A stretch of 64,000 nt of DNA from NCBI GenBank assembly GCA_963735035.1, contig CAVTJJ010000005.1, positions 32,001 through 96,000 on the forward strand, read 5' to 3'. Both the position numbers and the translations under genes were made by a program. Shown in pieces: positions 20,853-31,401 of this stretch (the stretch's first letter is position 1; every line of letters starts with the position of its first letter). Origin of the DNA: an uncultured candidate division Zixibacteria bacterium (lineage in GTDB: Bacteria; Zixibacteria; MSB-5A5; GN15; FEB-12). Below the pieces are notes generated by a model. The model was not told where the DNA came from. It searched no databases and saw only the letters and a program-made list of their open reading frames with translations.

Positions 20853-21200
20853 ATGCCGATATTCAAGTATGAAAAGATCAGGCTCCAGAATATCCAGATG
20901 GACGGAGTTGACCGGACCTCCAAGGCGAACGTAATCGGCCCACAAGAGGGCTGGAAAGACCACACCTTGCGCGTCTTCCGTATAGCCCCAGGTGGATGTA
21001 CCCCACTTCACCAGCACGACTGGGAACATTTCAATTATATCATCAAGGGGAGGGGGACTTTGACAATTGGAGAGGAGACGCACAAAGTTAAGGAACATGA
21101 CTTTGCGGTCGTGCCGTCAAATACGATGCACCAGTTCCGGAACCCGTACGAACAGGATTTCGAGTTTATCTGTATCGTGCCCGACCGCGGCGCGTATTGA
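20853..21200 (+). CDS. Cupin domain protein
   Basis: PGG.TPLHQHDWEH..YI.KG.G and VP.N..HQFRN motifs; SD aaggag. Confidence 0.9.
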   Translation: MPIFKYEKIRLQNIQMDGVDRTSKANVIGPQEGWKDHTLRVFRIAPGGCTPLHQHDWEHFNYIIKGRGTLTIGEETHKVKEHDFAVVPSNTMHQFRNPYEQDFEFICIVPDRGAY

Positions 21201-21211
21201 GTTGTAGTCGT

Positions 21212-21616
21212 TTACAGCTTCTCGACTCGAAAATTCGCTGTGCCGTCAAAATCGCTGAAGATAATTCGTATCTTCCAAGTCCCGGCCACTCCGAACGCAC
21301 TCTGCTCGGTACCACTGGCCTTCAGAGAGCTTGTATAGACCTGCTGATTGTTGGCGTCGAATATGGTAACCACGGCCGTACCGCCCGTAAGAGCGGTCGC
21401 ATGATTGATAGTGCCTCGGGTACCCGAATTCACCCAGGAATAATTGAGCGTGGTGCTGACATTCTTGGCGTGGGTGATCTGGAACTGGAAAGCATCGGCG
21501 TGGTTGACGACCTCGGGTTGATACGAGGCAATCGGATTTGTCTTGTCACTGCAGCCGCCGAGGACGAAGATGGCGATCAAGGCCGAGGCTATGATTGAGT
21601 AGATTTTCACTTTCAT
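21212..21616 (-). CDS. Hypothetical lipoprotein
   Basis: Signal peptide with lipobox LGGC; SD aggag. Confidence 0.8.
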   Translation of the reverse strand: MKVKIYSIIASALIAIFVLGGCSDKTNPIASYQPEVVNHADAFQFQITHAKNVSTTLNYSWVNSGTRGTINHATALTGGTAVVTIFDANNQQVYTSSLKASGTEQSAFGVAGTWKIRIIFSDFDGTANFRVEKL

Positions 21617-21734
21617 GATTGGTTCTCCTGTCGTCACAAGTCATAGCTTAAATGATATCATAATTCATCTATTTTAACTACAAAAGCTGTCCGGCGGTTC
21701 CTTTGATTCATGGGGCTCTCTCGGCTATCGAGCA

Positions 21735-21905
21735 GTCATCGCGAGGCTCCGACTTGTTTGGGGCCGCGGCGAACTCGACTTCGTGGGCGGCACACGTCCC
21801 GTGTGCCCCTGAGGGGCAGACCAGGAGGTCTGCCGCCCACTTCACTTTGAGATTTCCGCGCTACACTGACCCGCCTGACGGCGTGCCATCTCCACTCGCT
21901 ATGAC
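21735..21905. repeat. Composite REP-like element (GTCA-type inverted pair enclosing a GTGG-type doublet)
   Basis: Same architecture as 26146-26317. Confidence 0.85.
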
Positions 21906-21948
21906 GTCTTGGTGGATTTCTTCGACAAACCCTATGCGGTTCACGCAC

Positions 21949-21980
21949 AAAAAAAGACCGGGTCGAAACCCGGTCTCTTG
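21949..21980 (-). terminator. Terminator after RRM gene 1
   Basis: A run plus agaccgggt-cgaa-acccggtct. Confidence 0.8.
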
Positions 21981-22025
21981 TCTTGGCAGGTCGGCTTAAG
22001 GGCCGACCGATCTCGTTACTAATTA

Positions 22026-22325
22026 TTAGTAACGACGGCTGCCGCCGCCGCTGCCGCCACGATTACCGCCGCCACCGCCTTCGGTTTTCGGGCGCGCTTC
22101 GTTGACGTTCAACGTGCGACCGTTGAGGTCCTGACCGTTGAGGCCTTTGATGGCCGCAATCGCTTCAGTTTTTCCGGCCATTTCAATAAAGCCGAAGCCT
22201 CTTGATTCGCCGCTGAATTTGTCCTTCACGATGCTGGCGCTGGTGACTTCACCGTACGCACCAAACATCTGACGCAATTGATCTTCGGTCGCTTCAAACG
22301 ACAGATTGCCTACGTAGATATTCAT
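22026..22325 (-). CDS. RRM RNA-binding protein (Rbp-like) with a Gly-rich tail
   Basis: MNIYVGNL (RNP2) and RGFGFIEM (RNP1). Confidence 0.95.
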   Translation of the reverse strand: MNIYVGNLSFEATEDQLRQMFGAYGEVTSASIVKDKFSGESRGFGFIEMAGKTEAIAAIKGLNGQDLNGRTLNVNEARPKTEGGGGGNRGGSGGGSRRY

Positions 22326-22503
22326 TCTACACTCCATGTTCGTTTATCCGCGGGGAGCATCTCGTCCGTTAGGATTCGCGCTAGTCGCGATAAACCTGTT
22401 GTTGCGCAATATTGCGCTGCGGTTCCGAGATTGGGCTTATGAAGATTTGCGTGAAACAACAAAGTCTAGACAAGAGAACCAGGGAAACCAATCGTAACTA
22501 CTT

Positions 22504-22532
22504 ACTATATCGGCGAAAGTTGAATAAGTCAA
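22504..22532 (-). promoter_or_regulatory. sigma70-type promoter of RRM gene 1
   Basis: TTGACT-N17-TATAGT on the minus strand. Confidence 0.65.
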
Positions 22533-22725
22533 TACATATTATCGACATTCAGGTACTATGTTTCGATCACACAAAGAGACCGATTCGAACCAAAAGAGCT
22601 TCATAGTGCGGGTTTATGGGCCGAAAGCGGCGTCGCGTGCTGTCGGGTGTCCCTGCCTGATGGCTGTTCGACAACGGTCCGTTCCGTCATTTCGCTCACT
22701 TCTCGTTATCCCCGTTCCCACAAAC

Positions 22726-23050
22726 GTCATTCCCGGCTTGACCGGGAATCCAAAGGTTGTCGCGAAGGACTACGTCCGTTGCGTCAGAGCCTGCCCCCGA
22801 CCAGATCGGGGGTCTTGCGCCGCCAAAGGCGGCGTGTGACCTGACGCGTGCAGATCGCAGCGAACCAAAATACGTCCCGAGTGACGCGACGTATTCTGCG
22901 GCCACGAGTGGTCATGGATGCCCGACGGAATCGGGCATGACGGCGAAGGGGCTACCCGGCATGTTGTCTCAGAGAACCGGCAGATGTGGACATCTGCCGG
23001 GCACTTTGTACGCAGGCGAAATCTAATCCCACCCGAAGGGTGGGGCACCC
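22726..23050. repeat. REP-like cluster
   Basis: gtcattcccggcttgaccgggaatcc, gcgtcag...ctgacgc, ggcagatgtggacatctgcc, cccacccgaagggtgggg. Confidence 0.85.
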
Positions 23051-23067
23051 AGCGAAGGATCGTCGGT

Positions 23068-24237
23068 TTACTTACCGGCGCGCCAGTCGGAGAGTTTCTT
23101 CTCGAACCAGATAGCGGTCGGGTCAAGTGCGAGAGATTCATTGGCCAGCTTGATTGCTTCGTCGGCTTTACCACGCGTGTAGCAGAGTTCGGCCAGCACC
23201 CGAAGATGCGCCGCGCGAAACTTGTCTTCAGTCGCTTTGTCGGTTGCCATGCGAATATAGCGCTCGGCCTCGTCAATATTGATGCCGCGTCGGAAACACC
23301 ATTCGCCGAAACGAAAATAGCGCGCCGGATCAGTCTCCCAGCCGTCGCCAAGTGCCAGCTTCTTGATCCGCAGCGCCTCGGTGGTATCGTTCAGAGAATG
23401 AAGTGCAAAGTCGGCCTGAAGATCGCGATTCACATCGATCTCGGCAGATTTCTTCGCTTGGGCGGTCGCGTCGATTCCAGCCTTCAGATATTTCGCAAGA
23501 CGGTTGGTATTGCCGGTCTTGCGGGCAACCTGCGCCATCGTTTGTCCCATCTCGCCAAAGTAGTACCGAGTGCCTTCGGGATTGGCGAGCATGTCATCCG
23601 CCGCCGCAGTCAGACTATCGAACGGCAGCATGTCGCTCCAGACCGCCTCCGCAGTCAGCGAAAAGACACGGTAGTACAGATTGACGCCTGTCTGCAAGGT
23701 CTGTAGTTGGCGCAAGTACGACAGGGCCTTCACGTACTCACGGGAATCCGCATAGTAGTTGGCGAGAAACTGCACGTCGGCATCGCTCGGGGCGTTCTGA
23801 CACTTGATCACCCGCTGATCAATCGTCATCCGATCGGCCAGGGCTTTATCCAACAACGTCATGAAACGGTCCGAGCCGGTGTATCCGGTCCAGCGCGTGA
23901 TAACGTTTCCGGTCGAGTCGGTCAGGATGAATACCGGGAAGGACGTTCCGATGCGAAACGTTTCAGCCATCGCCGTACCTTCGCCCTGAAGAACACTAAT
24001 GCGATACAGCACGACCGCCTGCAGCTTGGCGATCAGTTCGGGGATTGAATCAAATTCGCGGGTCGCCTGCTGGCAATGGATGCAATCATCGTGATTGAAT
24101 TCCAGCAGGACCGGTTTGCCGGTCTGGACCGACAGAGCTTTGGCCTGCTCGAACGATTCGGCCTTTTCAGCCCGCACTGAGCAAGCAAGCAAGACGGTGA
24201 CAGTCGTTATCGCAGTAATGAACAGTCTGAATTTCAT
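23068..24237 (-). CDS. Secreted thioredoxin-fold (CxxC) protein with TPR-like repeats
   Basis: Signal peptide, GKPVLLEF...CIHC, a cis-Pro FP motif and helical repeats. Confidence 0.8.
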   Translation of the reverse strand: MKFRLFITAITTVTVLLACSVRAEKAESFEQAKALSVQTGKPVLLEFNHDDCIHCQQATREFDSIPELIAKLQAVVLYRISVLQGEGTAMAETFRIGTSFPVFILTDSTGNVITRWTGYTGSDRFMTLLDKALADRMTIDQRVIKCQNAPSDADVQFLANYYADSREYVKALSYLRQLQTLQTGVNLYYRVFSLTAEAVWSDMLPFDSLTAAADDMLANPEGTRYYFGEMGQTMAQVARKTGNTNRLAKYLKAGIDATAQAKKSAEIDVNRDLQADFALHSLNDTTEALRIKKLALGDGWETDPARYFRFGEWCFRRGINIDEAERYIRMATDKATEDKFRAAHLRVLAELCYTRGKADEAIKLANESLALDPTAIWFEKKLSDWRAGK

Positions 24238-24257
24238 AGATGATACCCGATTGTAGT

Positions 24258-25994
24258 CTAAGCTTGTTCAGCCTTCTGTATCTTCGCCCAGGTGTCGCGC
24301 AACGTAACGGTGCGGTTGAACACCGGTCGTCCGGGAGTCGAGTATTTCGTATCGACACAGAAATAACCCATTCTCTCAAATTGATACCGCACACCGGGCT
24401 GAGCGTTCCGAAGGCTGGACTCCAATTTGCACCCGGTCAATATTTGCAGTGAGTCGGGATTGATATAATCCGTGAACTGCTTGCCTTCTTCGACAGCCAT
24501 CGGATTTTCCTGGGTGAACAGATTGTTGTACAACCGGACTTCTGCTTCGATCGCATGCGGCGCGGATACCCAGTGCAAGGTCGCCTTTACTTTGCGACCA
24601 TCGGGGGAGTCGCCGCCCCGCGAGGCGGGATCGTAAGTGCAGCGAACTTCGACAACTTCGCCGGTCTTCGGGTCTTTGACCACCGACTCACACTTGATGA
24701 AATAGGCGTAGCGCAGGCGAACTTCTTTGCCGGGGGATAGACGATAGAACTTGTTCGCGGGAACCTCCATGAAATCTTCCCGCTCGATAAACAGCTCACG
24801 CGAGAACTGTACTTTTCTTGTCCCGGCGTTCGGGTCTTCAGGGTTGTTGACCGCGTCCATCGCTTCGACCTGACCTTCGGGATAGTTCGTTATGACTACC
24901 TTGAGCGGCTGCAAGACTGCCATCACGCGCAGTGAGGTCTTGTTCAGATCTTCGCGTACGGAATGTTCGAGCAGGGCGATGTCCACCATCGAGGCCCGTT
25001 TGGCCAGACCGATCGCCTCGGCGAAACGGCGTATAGCCGCCGGGGTGTACCCGCGCCGACGCATCCCACTGAGTGTGGACATGCGGGGATCGTCCCAACC
25101 GTCGACGATACCGTTTTCCACCATCTGCATCAGCAGCCGCTTGCTCATGACCGTGTAGGTCAAATTGAGCCGGGCAAATTCGATTTGTTGGGGATGGTGT
25201 ACGCCGAGCTGGTCGAGGAACCAGTCGTAGAGCGGTCGGTGATCCTCAAAGCCCAGGTCGCAAAACGAATGGGTGATCCCTTCAATCGAATCGGACACGC
25301 AATGCGTGTAATCGTACATCGGGTAGATGCACCACTTGTCGCCGGTTCGATGATGATGCGCGTGCAGGATGCGATACATGACCGAGTCGCGCATATTCAG
25401 ATTGGGGGAAGACATATCGATCTTGGCGCGAAGCGTCCGGGACCCGTCGGGGAACTCGCCTTTGCGCATGCGTTCGAACAGGTCGAGGTTTTCTTCGACC
25501 GAGCGGTCGCGGTCAGGGCTGTTTCGTCCCGGCTCTGTCAGGGTGCCACGATACTCGCGAATCTGATCGGCGCTAAGATCGCAGACGTATGCTTTGCCCA
25601 TCTTGATTAGACGGACGGCGTAGTCATACAACTTTTCGTAATAGTCTGAAGCGTAGAAAAGCTTGTCTTTCCAATCGTAACCCAACCAGCGGATGTCGCG
25701 CTGGATGCCGTCGACGTAACGGGTGTCTTCTTTGACCGGGTTGGTGTCGTCGAACCGAAGGTGATAGACGCCGCCGTACTGTTCGGCGATGCCGTAATCG
25801 ATCGTAATCGCCTTGGCGTGGCCTATATGAAGGAACCCGTTCGGTTCGGGAGGGAACCGGGTTACTACTTTACCGCCGTTCTTGCCGGCCTTGATGTCCG
25901 CCTCGACGATCTGGCGTATGAAATCGGTTGGGGTGGATGGACCGCCGGAACCGGTATCGTTCGATTTCTTGTCTTCGGGATCTTCTTTGCCCAT
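24258..25994 (-). CDS. glnS: Glutamine--tRNA ligase
   Basis: [39 protein letters not shown]. Confidence 0.96.
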   Translation of the reverse strand: MGKEDPEDKKSNDTGSGGPSTPTDFIRQIVEADIKAGKNGGKVVTRFPPEPNGFLHIGHAKAITIDYGIAEQYGGVYHLRFDDTNPVKEDTRYVDGIQRDIRWLGYDWKDKLFYASDYYEKLYDYAVRLIKMGKAYVCDLSADQIREYRGTLTEPGRNSPDRDRSVEENLDLFERMRKGEFPDGSRTLRAKIDMSSPNLNMRDSVMYRILHAHHHRTGDKWCIYPMYDYTHCVSDSIEGITHSFCDLGFEDHRPLYDWFLDQLGVHHPQQIEFARLNLTYTVMSKRLLMQMVENGIVDGWDDPRMSTLSGMRRRGYTPAAIRRFAEAIGLAKRASMVDIALLEHSVREDLNKTSLRVMAVLQPLKVVITNYPEGQVEAMDAVNNPEDPNAGTRKVQFSRELFIEREDFMEVPANKFYRLSPGKEVRLRYAYFIKCESVVKDPKTGEVVEVRCTYDPASRGGDSPDGRKVKATLHWVSAPHAIEAEVRLYNNLFTQENPMAVEEGKQFTDYINPDSLQILTGCKLESSLRNAQPGVRYQFERMGYFCVDTKYSTPGRPVFNRTVTLRDTWAKIQKAEQA

Positions 25995-26145
25995 ATCTGC
26001 GCTTTCCAAAAGGTTATACACTGAGACTACGGGGGCCAATTAGAAGCCGGGACGGCGGATTCGCAACAAGAAAAGGCGGGACAGTGCAATGCGTCAGGTC
26101 ACACGACCCGTCCGCCAAGGAGCCTGTTGAGAGACCACTGAGTAT

Positions 26146-26317
26146 GTCATCGCGAGGCCCCGACTCGGTCGGGGCCGTGGCGATCTCAATTCCGTGGGCG
26201 GCACACGTCCTCGTGTGCCCCCGAGGGGCAGACCAGGAGGTCTGCCGCCCACTTCACTTTGAGATTGCCGCGCTACGATGACCCGCCTTACGTCGGGTCG
26301 TCTCCGCTCGCAATGAC
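26146..26317. repeat. Composite REP-like element
   Basis: gtcatcgcgagg..ccgtggcgatctc / gtgggcggcacac..gccgcccac / gagattgccgcg..ctcgcaatgac. Confidence 0.88.
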
Positions 26318-26470
26318 GGGGAAAGGGTCTTCTTGGCGGCGCTGTTTTACCTTTCTTGCCGGACCGAGCGGCGGCTATATTCGCGGCGAATCCGGCCGCC
26401 AAGGGATATCGATTGGAACCCGATGGCAGTCGACGAAACCGATCGCTGTTTATGGAGGAATCTGGCTTTT

Positions 26471-27553
26471 ATGAATCGACAGACTCATCGCATTTCGCAG
26501 AAAGCGGGTCTGAGCCCCGGCAGCGCGGTCTATGTCGGTCCGGACCGGACCGGCAAGGTCAACATTGACGTTATCGATTACGATGCCACCAGCCTGACTG
26601 AAAAGCGGGTCGGGGGGCCATCGGATTGCGCTCCTTTTCGCGAAACGACGACAGTAACCTGGATCAATGTCGATGGACTTCACGAACCGGCGGTGGTCGA
26701 GGGGCTGGGCAAGATTTTCGGGATTCATCCGTTGCATGTCGAAGACATCGTCAACAGCGGTGGTCGCCCCAAGGCTGATGACACGCCGGACTATGTCTTT
26801 GTCGTGCTCAAGATGTTGTACGGGAACCCGGAAACCGGCGAGCTGGTGGTCGAGCATGTCAGCGTGGCGTTTGGTCGTAACTGGGTGCTGACTTTTCAGG
26901 AGCCAGGACGCGATGTGTTCGATTCCGTGCGGCAGCGTATCCGCAAGACCGATCCGAGAGGACGTCTGCTCTCTACCGACTATCTCGCGTATTCATTGAT
27001 CGACGCCGTGGTGGACAATTATTTTATCGTCTTAGAAGATGTGGGGGAGGCAATTGGGAAGCTGGAGGACGAGATTGCCCTCCAACCCAAGACGGAAAGT
27101 CTGGCGGCCATCCGGGAATTGAGGAAGAAACTCATACTTCTACGCAAAGCGGTCTGGCCTTTGCGTGAAGTTATCGGCAGCCTTGAGCGGATGGAAACGG
27201 AGTTGATTCATCCGGCCACGGAACCTTACCTGCGCGATCTGTACGAGCATTCGGTTCAGGTCATCGATTCGGTGGAGACCTATCGCGATATGATGGCGAC
27301 CATGCTCGATCTGTATCATACTGCTGTGAGCAATCGTCTCAACGAGATTATGAAGATGCTCACGATCATCGCTACCATTTTCATTCCCCTCGGTTTTCTG
27401 GCTGGAGTCTACGGGATGAATTTCGACACCGGCGCCGGCCCGCTCAATATGCCCGAGTTGCGCTGGAAGTACGGCTACCTGTTGTTCTGGGGCATGGCGT
27501 CCTGTGTGGGCGGCGGGTTGCTGCTGTTCTTCCGTCGGAAGAAGTGGCTCTGA
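26471..27553 (+). CDS. corA: Magnesium/cobalt transporter CorA
   Basis: KAGLSPG, WINVDGLH, GVYGMNF and MPEL.W.YGY signatures. Confidence 0.95.
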   Translation: MNRQTHRISQKAGLSPGSAVYVGPDRTGKVNIDVIDYDATSLTEKRVGGPSDCAPFRETTTVTWINVDGLHEPAVVEGLGKIFGIHPLHVEDIVNSGGRPKADDTPDYVFVVLKMLYGNPETGELVVEHVSVAFGRNWVLTFQEPGRDVFDSVRQRIRKTDPRGRLLSTDYLAYSLIDAVVDNYFIVLEDVGEAIGKLEDEIALQPKTESLAAIRELRKKLILLRKAVWPLREVIGSLERMETELIHPATEPYLRDLYEHSVQVIDSVETYRDMMATMLDLYHTAVSNRLNEIMKMLTIIATIFIPLGFLAGVYGMNFDTGAGPLNMPELRWKYGYLLFWGMASCVGGGLLLFFRRKKWL

Positions 27554-27559
27554 TGTACT

Positions 27560-28492
27560 ATGAAGAAACGTGTCGCATCTGTAAGTAACGTCACGCTCGC
27601 GACCACTGAGGAATATCTCCGTAAGTTGGGGCGCTGGGTATGGTACTATATCGGTGGGCTAAGCCATCGTATGGGCGAGCATCACGCCTTCCTGATGGCC
27701 GGCGGACTGGCTTTTTCGCTCTTTGTGTGTGCTGTACCGCTGGTTTTGGTGGTTTTCTCCGTATCGAGCGGGCTCTTTGCGCGACCCGCGGTAACCGCCG
27801 AGATTCAACAGATGGTTGACCGGCTCGTACCGTATCCGGAATATGCGGTTTCGGTAAAAGCGTTCATTGTCGAACGTCTGACGGCCATGGCTGATGTCAA
27901 GCAAGTGGCCGGGATTGTCGGTGTGGTCGGTTTGCTGGTAGCAGCGAGCGGTCTTTTCAGCAGTCTCAGGACAATTCTCAAAGCGATATTCAGGCCTGAA
28001 AAGAGGGAATGGGTGCTTATCGGCAAGCTGTGGGATCTCGGGCTGGTTGTGGTCGCGCTCAGTTTCTTTGTGCTGCTCATTGTGGCGCTGCCGACCTGGG
28101 AGGCAGCATTTCAACTGGCGCGAAACACGGGATGGCTGAATCAGCTGCCTTCCGCCCTGACACGCGGCTTCAGCATGTGGTTGATCTCGTTGGTCACGCT
28201 GTTCGTAGCGTTCTCGGGTATCTATTGGCTGGTGCCGGTGCGAAAGCCGACTCGACGGGCGGTGCTGACCGGGGCGCTCTGGGGGGCGGTCCTTTGGCTG
28301 CTGGCCAAAGAGGCGTTTGGTTATTACATCGCCCACATGGCCACGCTCAAGCAGGTGTACGGAGTGTATACGTTCCTGATCGTCGCGGCGTTCTGGGTTT
28401 ATTATTCCGCGCTGGCTTTGATAGTTGGGGCGGAGATAGGGCAGCTTTCATCCGAGCGGCACAAGACGCGAGCCCAGCACAAGAAGGAATAG
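27560..28492 (+). CDS. YihY/virulence factor BrkB family membrane protein
   Basis: AGGLAF...PL, Y.LVP, VYG.....WVYYSA..L.VGAE. Confidence 0.9.
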   Translation: MKKRVASVSNVTLATTEEYLRKLGRWVWYYIGGLSHRMGEHHAFLMAGGLAFSLFVCAVPLVLVVFSVSSGLFARPAVTAEIQQMVDRLVPYPEYAVSVKAFIVERLTAMADVKQVAGIVGVVGLLVAASGLFSSLRTILKAIFRPEKREWVLIGKLWDLGLVVVALSFFVLLIVALPTWEAAFQLARNTGWLNQLPSALTRGFSMWLISLVTLFVAFSGIYWLVPVRKPTRRAVLTGALWGAVLWLLAKEAFGYYIAHMATLKQVYGVYTFLIVAAFWVYYSALALIVGAEIGQLSSERHKTRAQHKKE

Positions 28493-28512
28493 TTGAATAA
28501 GTCTGTCCAATC

Positions 28513-28641
28513 GTCATTGCGAGCGGAGATGGCTCGCCGTCAGGCGTGACATCGTAGCGCGGCAATCTCAAGCTTGTTGTGGTAGCGTCATTTGAGATCG
28601 CCACGTCTCGCCCGCGAAGCGCGGTCGAGACTCGCGATGAC
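28513..28641. repeat. GTCA-type REP-like inverted pair
   Basis: gtcattgcgagcgg...ggcaatctc / gagatcgccacg...ctcgcgatgac. Confidence 0.85.
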
Positions 28642-28688
28642 GAGGTAGGAACTTCTTCAACACTCCCAAGAAGGCGTAGGCTGGCGGA

Positions 28689-29042
28689 TCAGGCTTCGGG
28701 GTCGTCGGTTTCGAGATAGACGATGTCGAGTTCGTACCCCTGCTCGATCACCGGCTTGCAGGTGTGGCAGGCGGGGCAGATGAAATCAGGCTGATCGACT
28801 GTCCACCGGTGGCCGCACATTTCGCACCGAACGGCGGCGGGCACCCACTCGATTACCAAACGAACTCCGTCCATGGGCGTATCTTTGCAGACGCACGTGA
28901 AACCGAAGGTCAGGGCGTCGGGGTCGACCGCGCTGAGGGCGCCTATGCGGACTCCGACGGCGCGAAGGTTCTCGAGGTGTTGTCGAGTAATCTCGGCCTG
29001 AACGCGTTCGACGATTTCGGTGGCGATGCCTAGTTCGTGCAT
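28689..29042 (-). CDS. hypA: Hydrogenase nickel metallochaperone HypA
   Basis: MHELGIA start and two CxxC motifs. Confidence 0.93.
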   Translation of the reverse strand: MHELGIATEIVERVQAEITRQHLENLRAVGVRIGALSAVDPDALTFGFTCVCKDTPMDGVRLVIEWVPAAVRCEMCGHRWTVDQPDFICPACHTCKPVIEQGYELDIVYLETDDPEA

Positions 29043-29101
29043 AAAGTACCCGTATGAGTACCTGATAACACACGGGTGGAGGGATGTCAAGGGGGGCGGT
29101 G

Positions 29102-29345
29102 GGTAGGGCGGTTCCGCCTTCTCGGGTGGCCCACCATTTATGGTGGGGGATACTTAATAGTTGTCACCCTGAAGGCTTGTTGAAAGAGTCTATGTTGGCT
29201 CAATTCGTGGCCTTACGCTCGTGACGGCGAATTCCTAACTCGCTGCAACGCGTCAGGTCACACGCCGCCTTTGGCGTCGCAAGACCTGACGCAACAACAT
29301 TCGGGAAGTCCTTCAACTTGCCCTAAGTGTCGGGCCACCCATCTT
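29102..29345. repeat. REP-like palindromes
   Basis: gtagggcgg..., gtcaccctga..., gcgtcaggtcacacgccgcctttggcgtcgcaagacctgacgcaac. Confidence 0.7.
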
Positions 29346-29346
29346 C

Positions 29347-30705
29347 TCACCGCTGCTCCACCGAGTATGTTATCAACCGCGCGCTGCGGTTGCGGGTGAA
29401 ATAGTTCCAGGCCCACTGGATGAACACCAGCAGTCGGTTGTCGAACTCCACCAAATACATCAGGTGAACGAACAACCACAAGAGCCAGGCCGGATAGCCG
29501 GTCATGCGCATCCAGCCAAAATCGGCCACCGCCGAGGCGCGCCCGATCACCGCCAGATTCCCTCGATTGCGATAATGATATGTCGGCGTCGTCTTACTCT
29601 GTATACGATTGTCAATCAGGTGAGCCACGTACCGCCCTTCCGACATCGCTACCGGCGCCACACCGGGCAACGGACTGCCGGTCTGATGACTGAAATTGGC
29701 AAGGTCGCCGATCACAAATATCTCTGGGTGGCCCGGCAGGCTGAGGTCCGGCTCGACTAAGATGCGGCCGGATTTGTCGAGGCTGGCGGCGTTGTTGTCG
29801 GCGAGAAGGCGACCCAGAGGCGACGGTCTTACGCCCGCGCTCCAGATGACAGTGGCGGAATCGATACGGGATTGGTCTGAGCCAGTCCGCACCGTGGCCC
29901 CGGTTGGGTTAATATCTGTCACTAAACATGACGTCCGAATTTCGACACCCAGCCGCGTCAGGTCACGAGCCGCCGACTGCGCGAGCTTTTCAGGGAAGGC
30001 GGGCAGAATTCTCGGACCGCCTTCTAAAATGACAATGCGCGCTTCGGCCGGATCAATCGAGCGGAAATCCCGTTTGAGCGTGATGTGGGCGATCTCACCC
30101 ATAGCGCCGGCCAGCTCGACTCCGGTCGGACCGCCGCCTACGACCAGAAAGGTCAGCAGGCGACGCCGTGCTTCGGGATCGGCGGTAATTTCGGCCTCTT
30201 CAAAGGCCTGGTACAGGCGGGCGCGAATCCTGACCGCATCCTCGATCCCTTTGAGGCCGGGCGCAAACGGCTGCCACGAGTCGTGTCCGAAGTAGTGATT
30301 TTCGGTCCCGGCCGAGACTATTAGACTGTCGTATGGAATGCGGCGTTGCGCTAAGACTACCTCGCGATTCTCGCGGTCGATCCCGATAACCTCGCCCAGC
30401 ACGACTGTCGCATTCTTCTGACGGCTTAGCACCCCGCGCAACGGCGACGCTATATCGCCGGGGGAGAGGCCGCCGGTAGCAACCTGGTACAGAAGCGGCT
30501 GGAAGAGGTGGAAATTGCGACGGTCGATCAAAGTCACGTGAACCGGCGCACGACGAAGCGATTTGGCCGCATACAGGCCGCCGAACCCGCCGCCGATTAT
30601 GACCACCCGGTGTGGGGCAGTCTCGGATCGAGGGTGGCTGTCTCTACCGGTTGAAACAGTCTCATACGTTCCAGAAGTTGAATTGTCTTCCAAAGTAGCT
30701 CTCAT
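29347..30705 (-). CDS. ndh: Type II NADH dehydrogenase (NAD(P)/FAD-dependent oxidoreductase)
   Basis: GGGFGG, NFHLFQPLLYQVATG, GGGPTGVELAG, IGD; the start is uncertain. Confidence 0.92.
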   Translation of the reverse strand: MRATLEDNSTSGTYETVSTGRDSHPRSETAPHRVVIIGGGFGGLYAAKSLRRAPVHVTLIDRRNFHLFQPLLYQVATGGLSPGDIASPLRGVLSRQKNATVVLGEVIGIDRENREVVLAQRRIPYDSLIVSAGTENHYFGHDSWQPFAPGLKGIEDAVRIRARLYQAFEEAEITADPEARRRLLTFLVVGGGPTGVELAGAMGEIAHITLKRDFRSIDPAEARIVILEGGPRILPAFPEKLAQSAARDLTRLGVEIRTSCLVTDINPTGATVRTGSDQSRIDSATVIWSAGVRPSPLGRLLADNNAASLDKSGRILVEPDLSLPGHPEIFVIGDLANFSHQTGSPLPGVAPVAMSEGRYVAHLIDNRIQSKTTPTYHYRNRGNLAVIGRASAVADFGWMRMTGYPAWLLWLFVHLMYLVEFDNRLLVFIQWAWNYFTRNRSARLITYSVEQR

Positions 30706-30872
30706 TTCAGCAACCTGCCGTCTACGTCTGCGCCATCATGCTGTGTAACAGTGGCGAGATTCATCTGTTCGCGGAATCTGTCCATGATGTGGATCGCCCC
30801 GTCGCAAAACTATGCTTGATATGATAAGTGGTTCTGAGTAGAATGACCGGTACGCTTTGGAAAGGGGATCAA

Positions 30873-31259
30873 ATGCATTACGTCTTTACATTTACCACGT
30901 CGAAGTTTGATGTTACTAAAGAGGATGAGAACCCGATCAATCCTATTTACGGTCAGTCTCTGCTGCTGTGGCTCAAAGAACGAGTTGGGGATGCCGTTGA
31001 GATTGGCAAGCCGGAAACCGAGGACTGGGGTTGGTATGTTGACATCAAGTGGAAGGGTCGGAACTACATGCTGGGTGCGAGCACGCAAGATGAGGACATA
31101 GTGAATGGAGAATACTACTGGTTCTTCCAAATACACTATCATCGCTCGCTCAAGAATTGGTTCCTGGGTCGCGGAAAAGGCCCGGAAGACGAATGCGTTC
31201 AGTTCTTCAAGTCAGTTCTTGAGGGCGAGCCGGAGTTCCATGACGTGAGTCTGGAGTAG
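30873..31259 (+). CDS. Hypothetical protein
   Basis: SD aagggg, 128 aa, PETEDWGW motif. Confidence 0.75.
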   Translation: MHYVFTFTTSKFDVTKEDENPINPIYGQSLLLWLKERVGDAVEIGKPETEDWGWYVDIKWKGRNYMLGASTQDEDIVNGEYYWFFQIHYHRSLKNWFLGRGKGPEDECVQFFKSVLEGEPEFHDVSLE

Positions 31260-31401
31260 AACCGGGGCGTCACATCCTGCTTGCTCTAGCCAACAATAAT
31301 GGGTATGTTGATAGACAAAGGCTGGTATCAGCGATTGAAAGCCCAATTCCGCGCGGATGTCTATCATTTGACGTCTACGCCCAAGGGAAAGGACCACTGA
31401 T

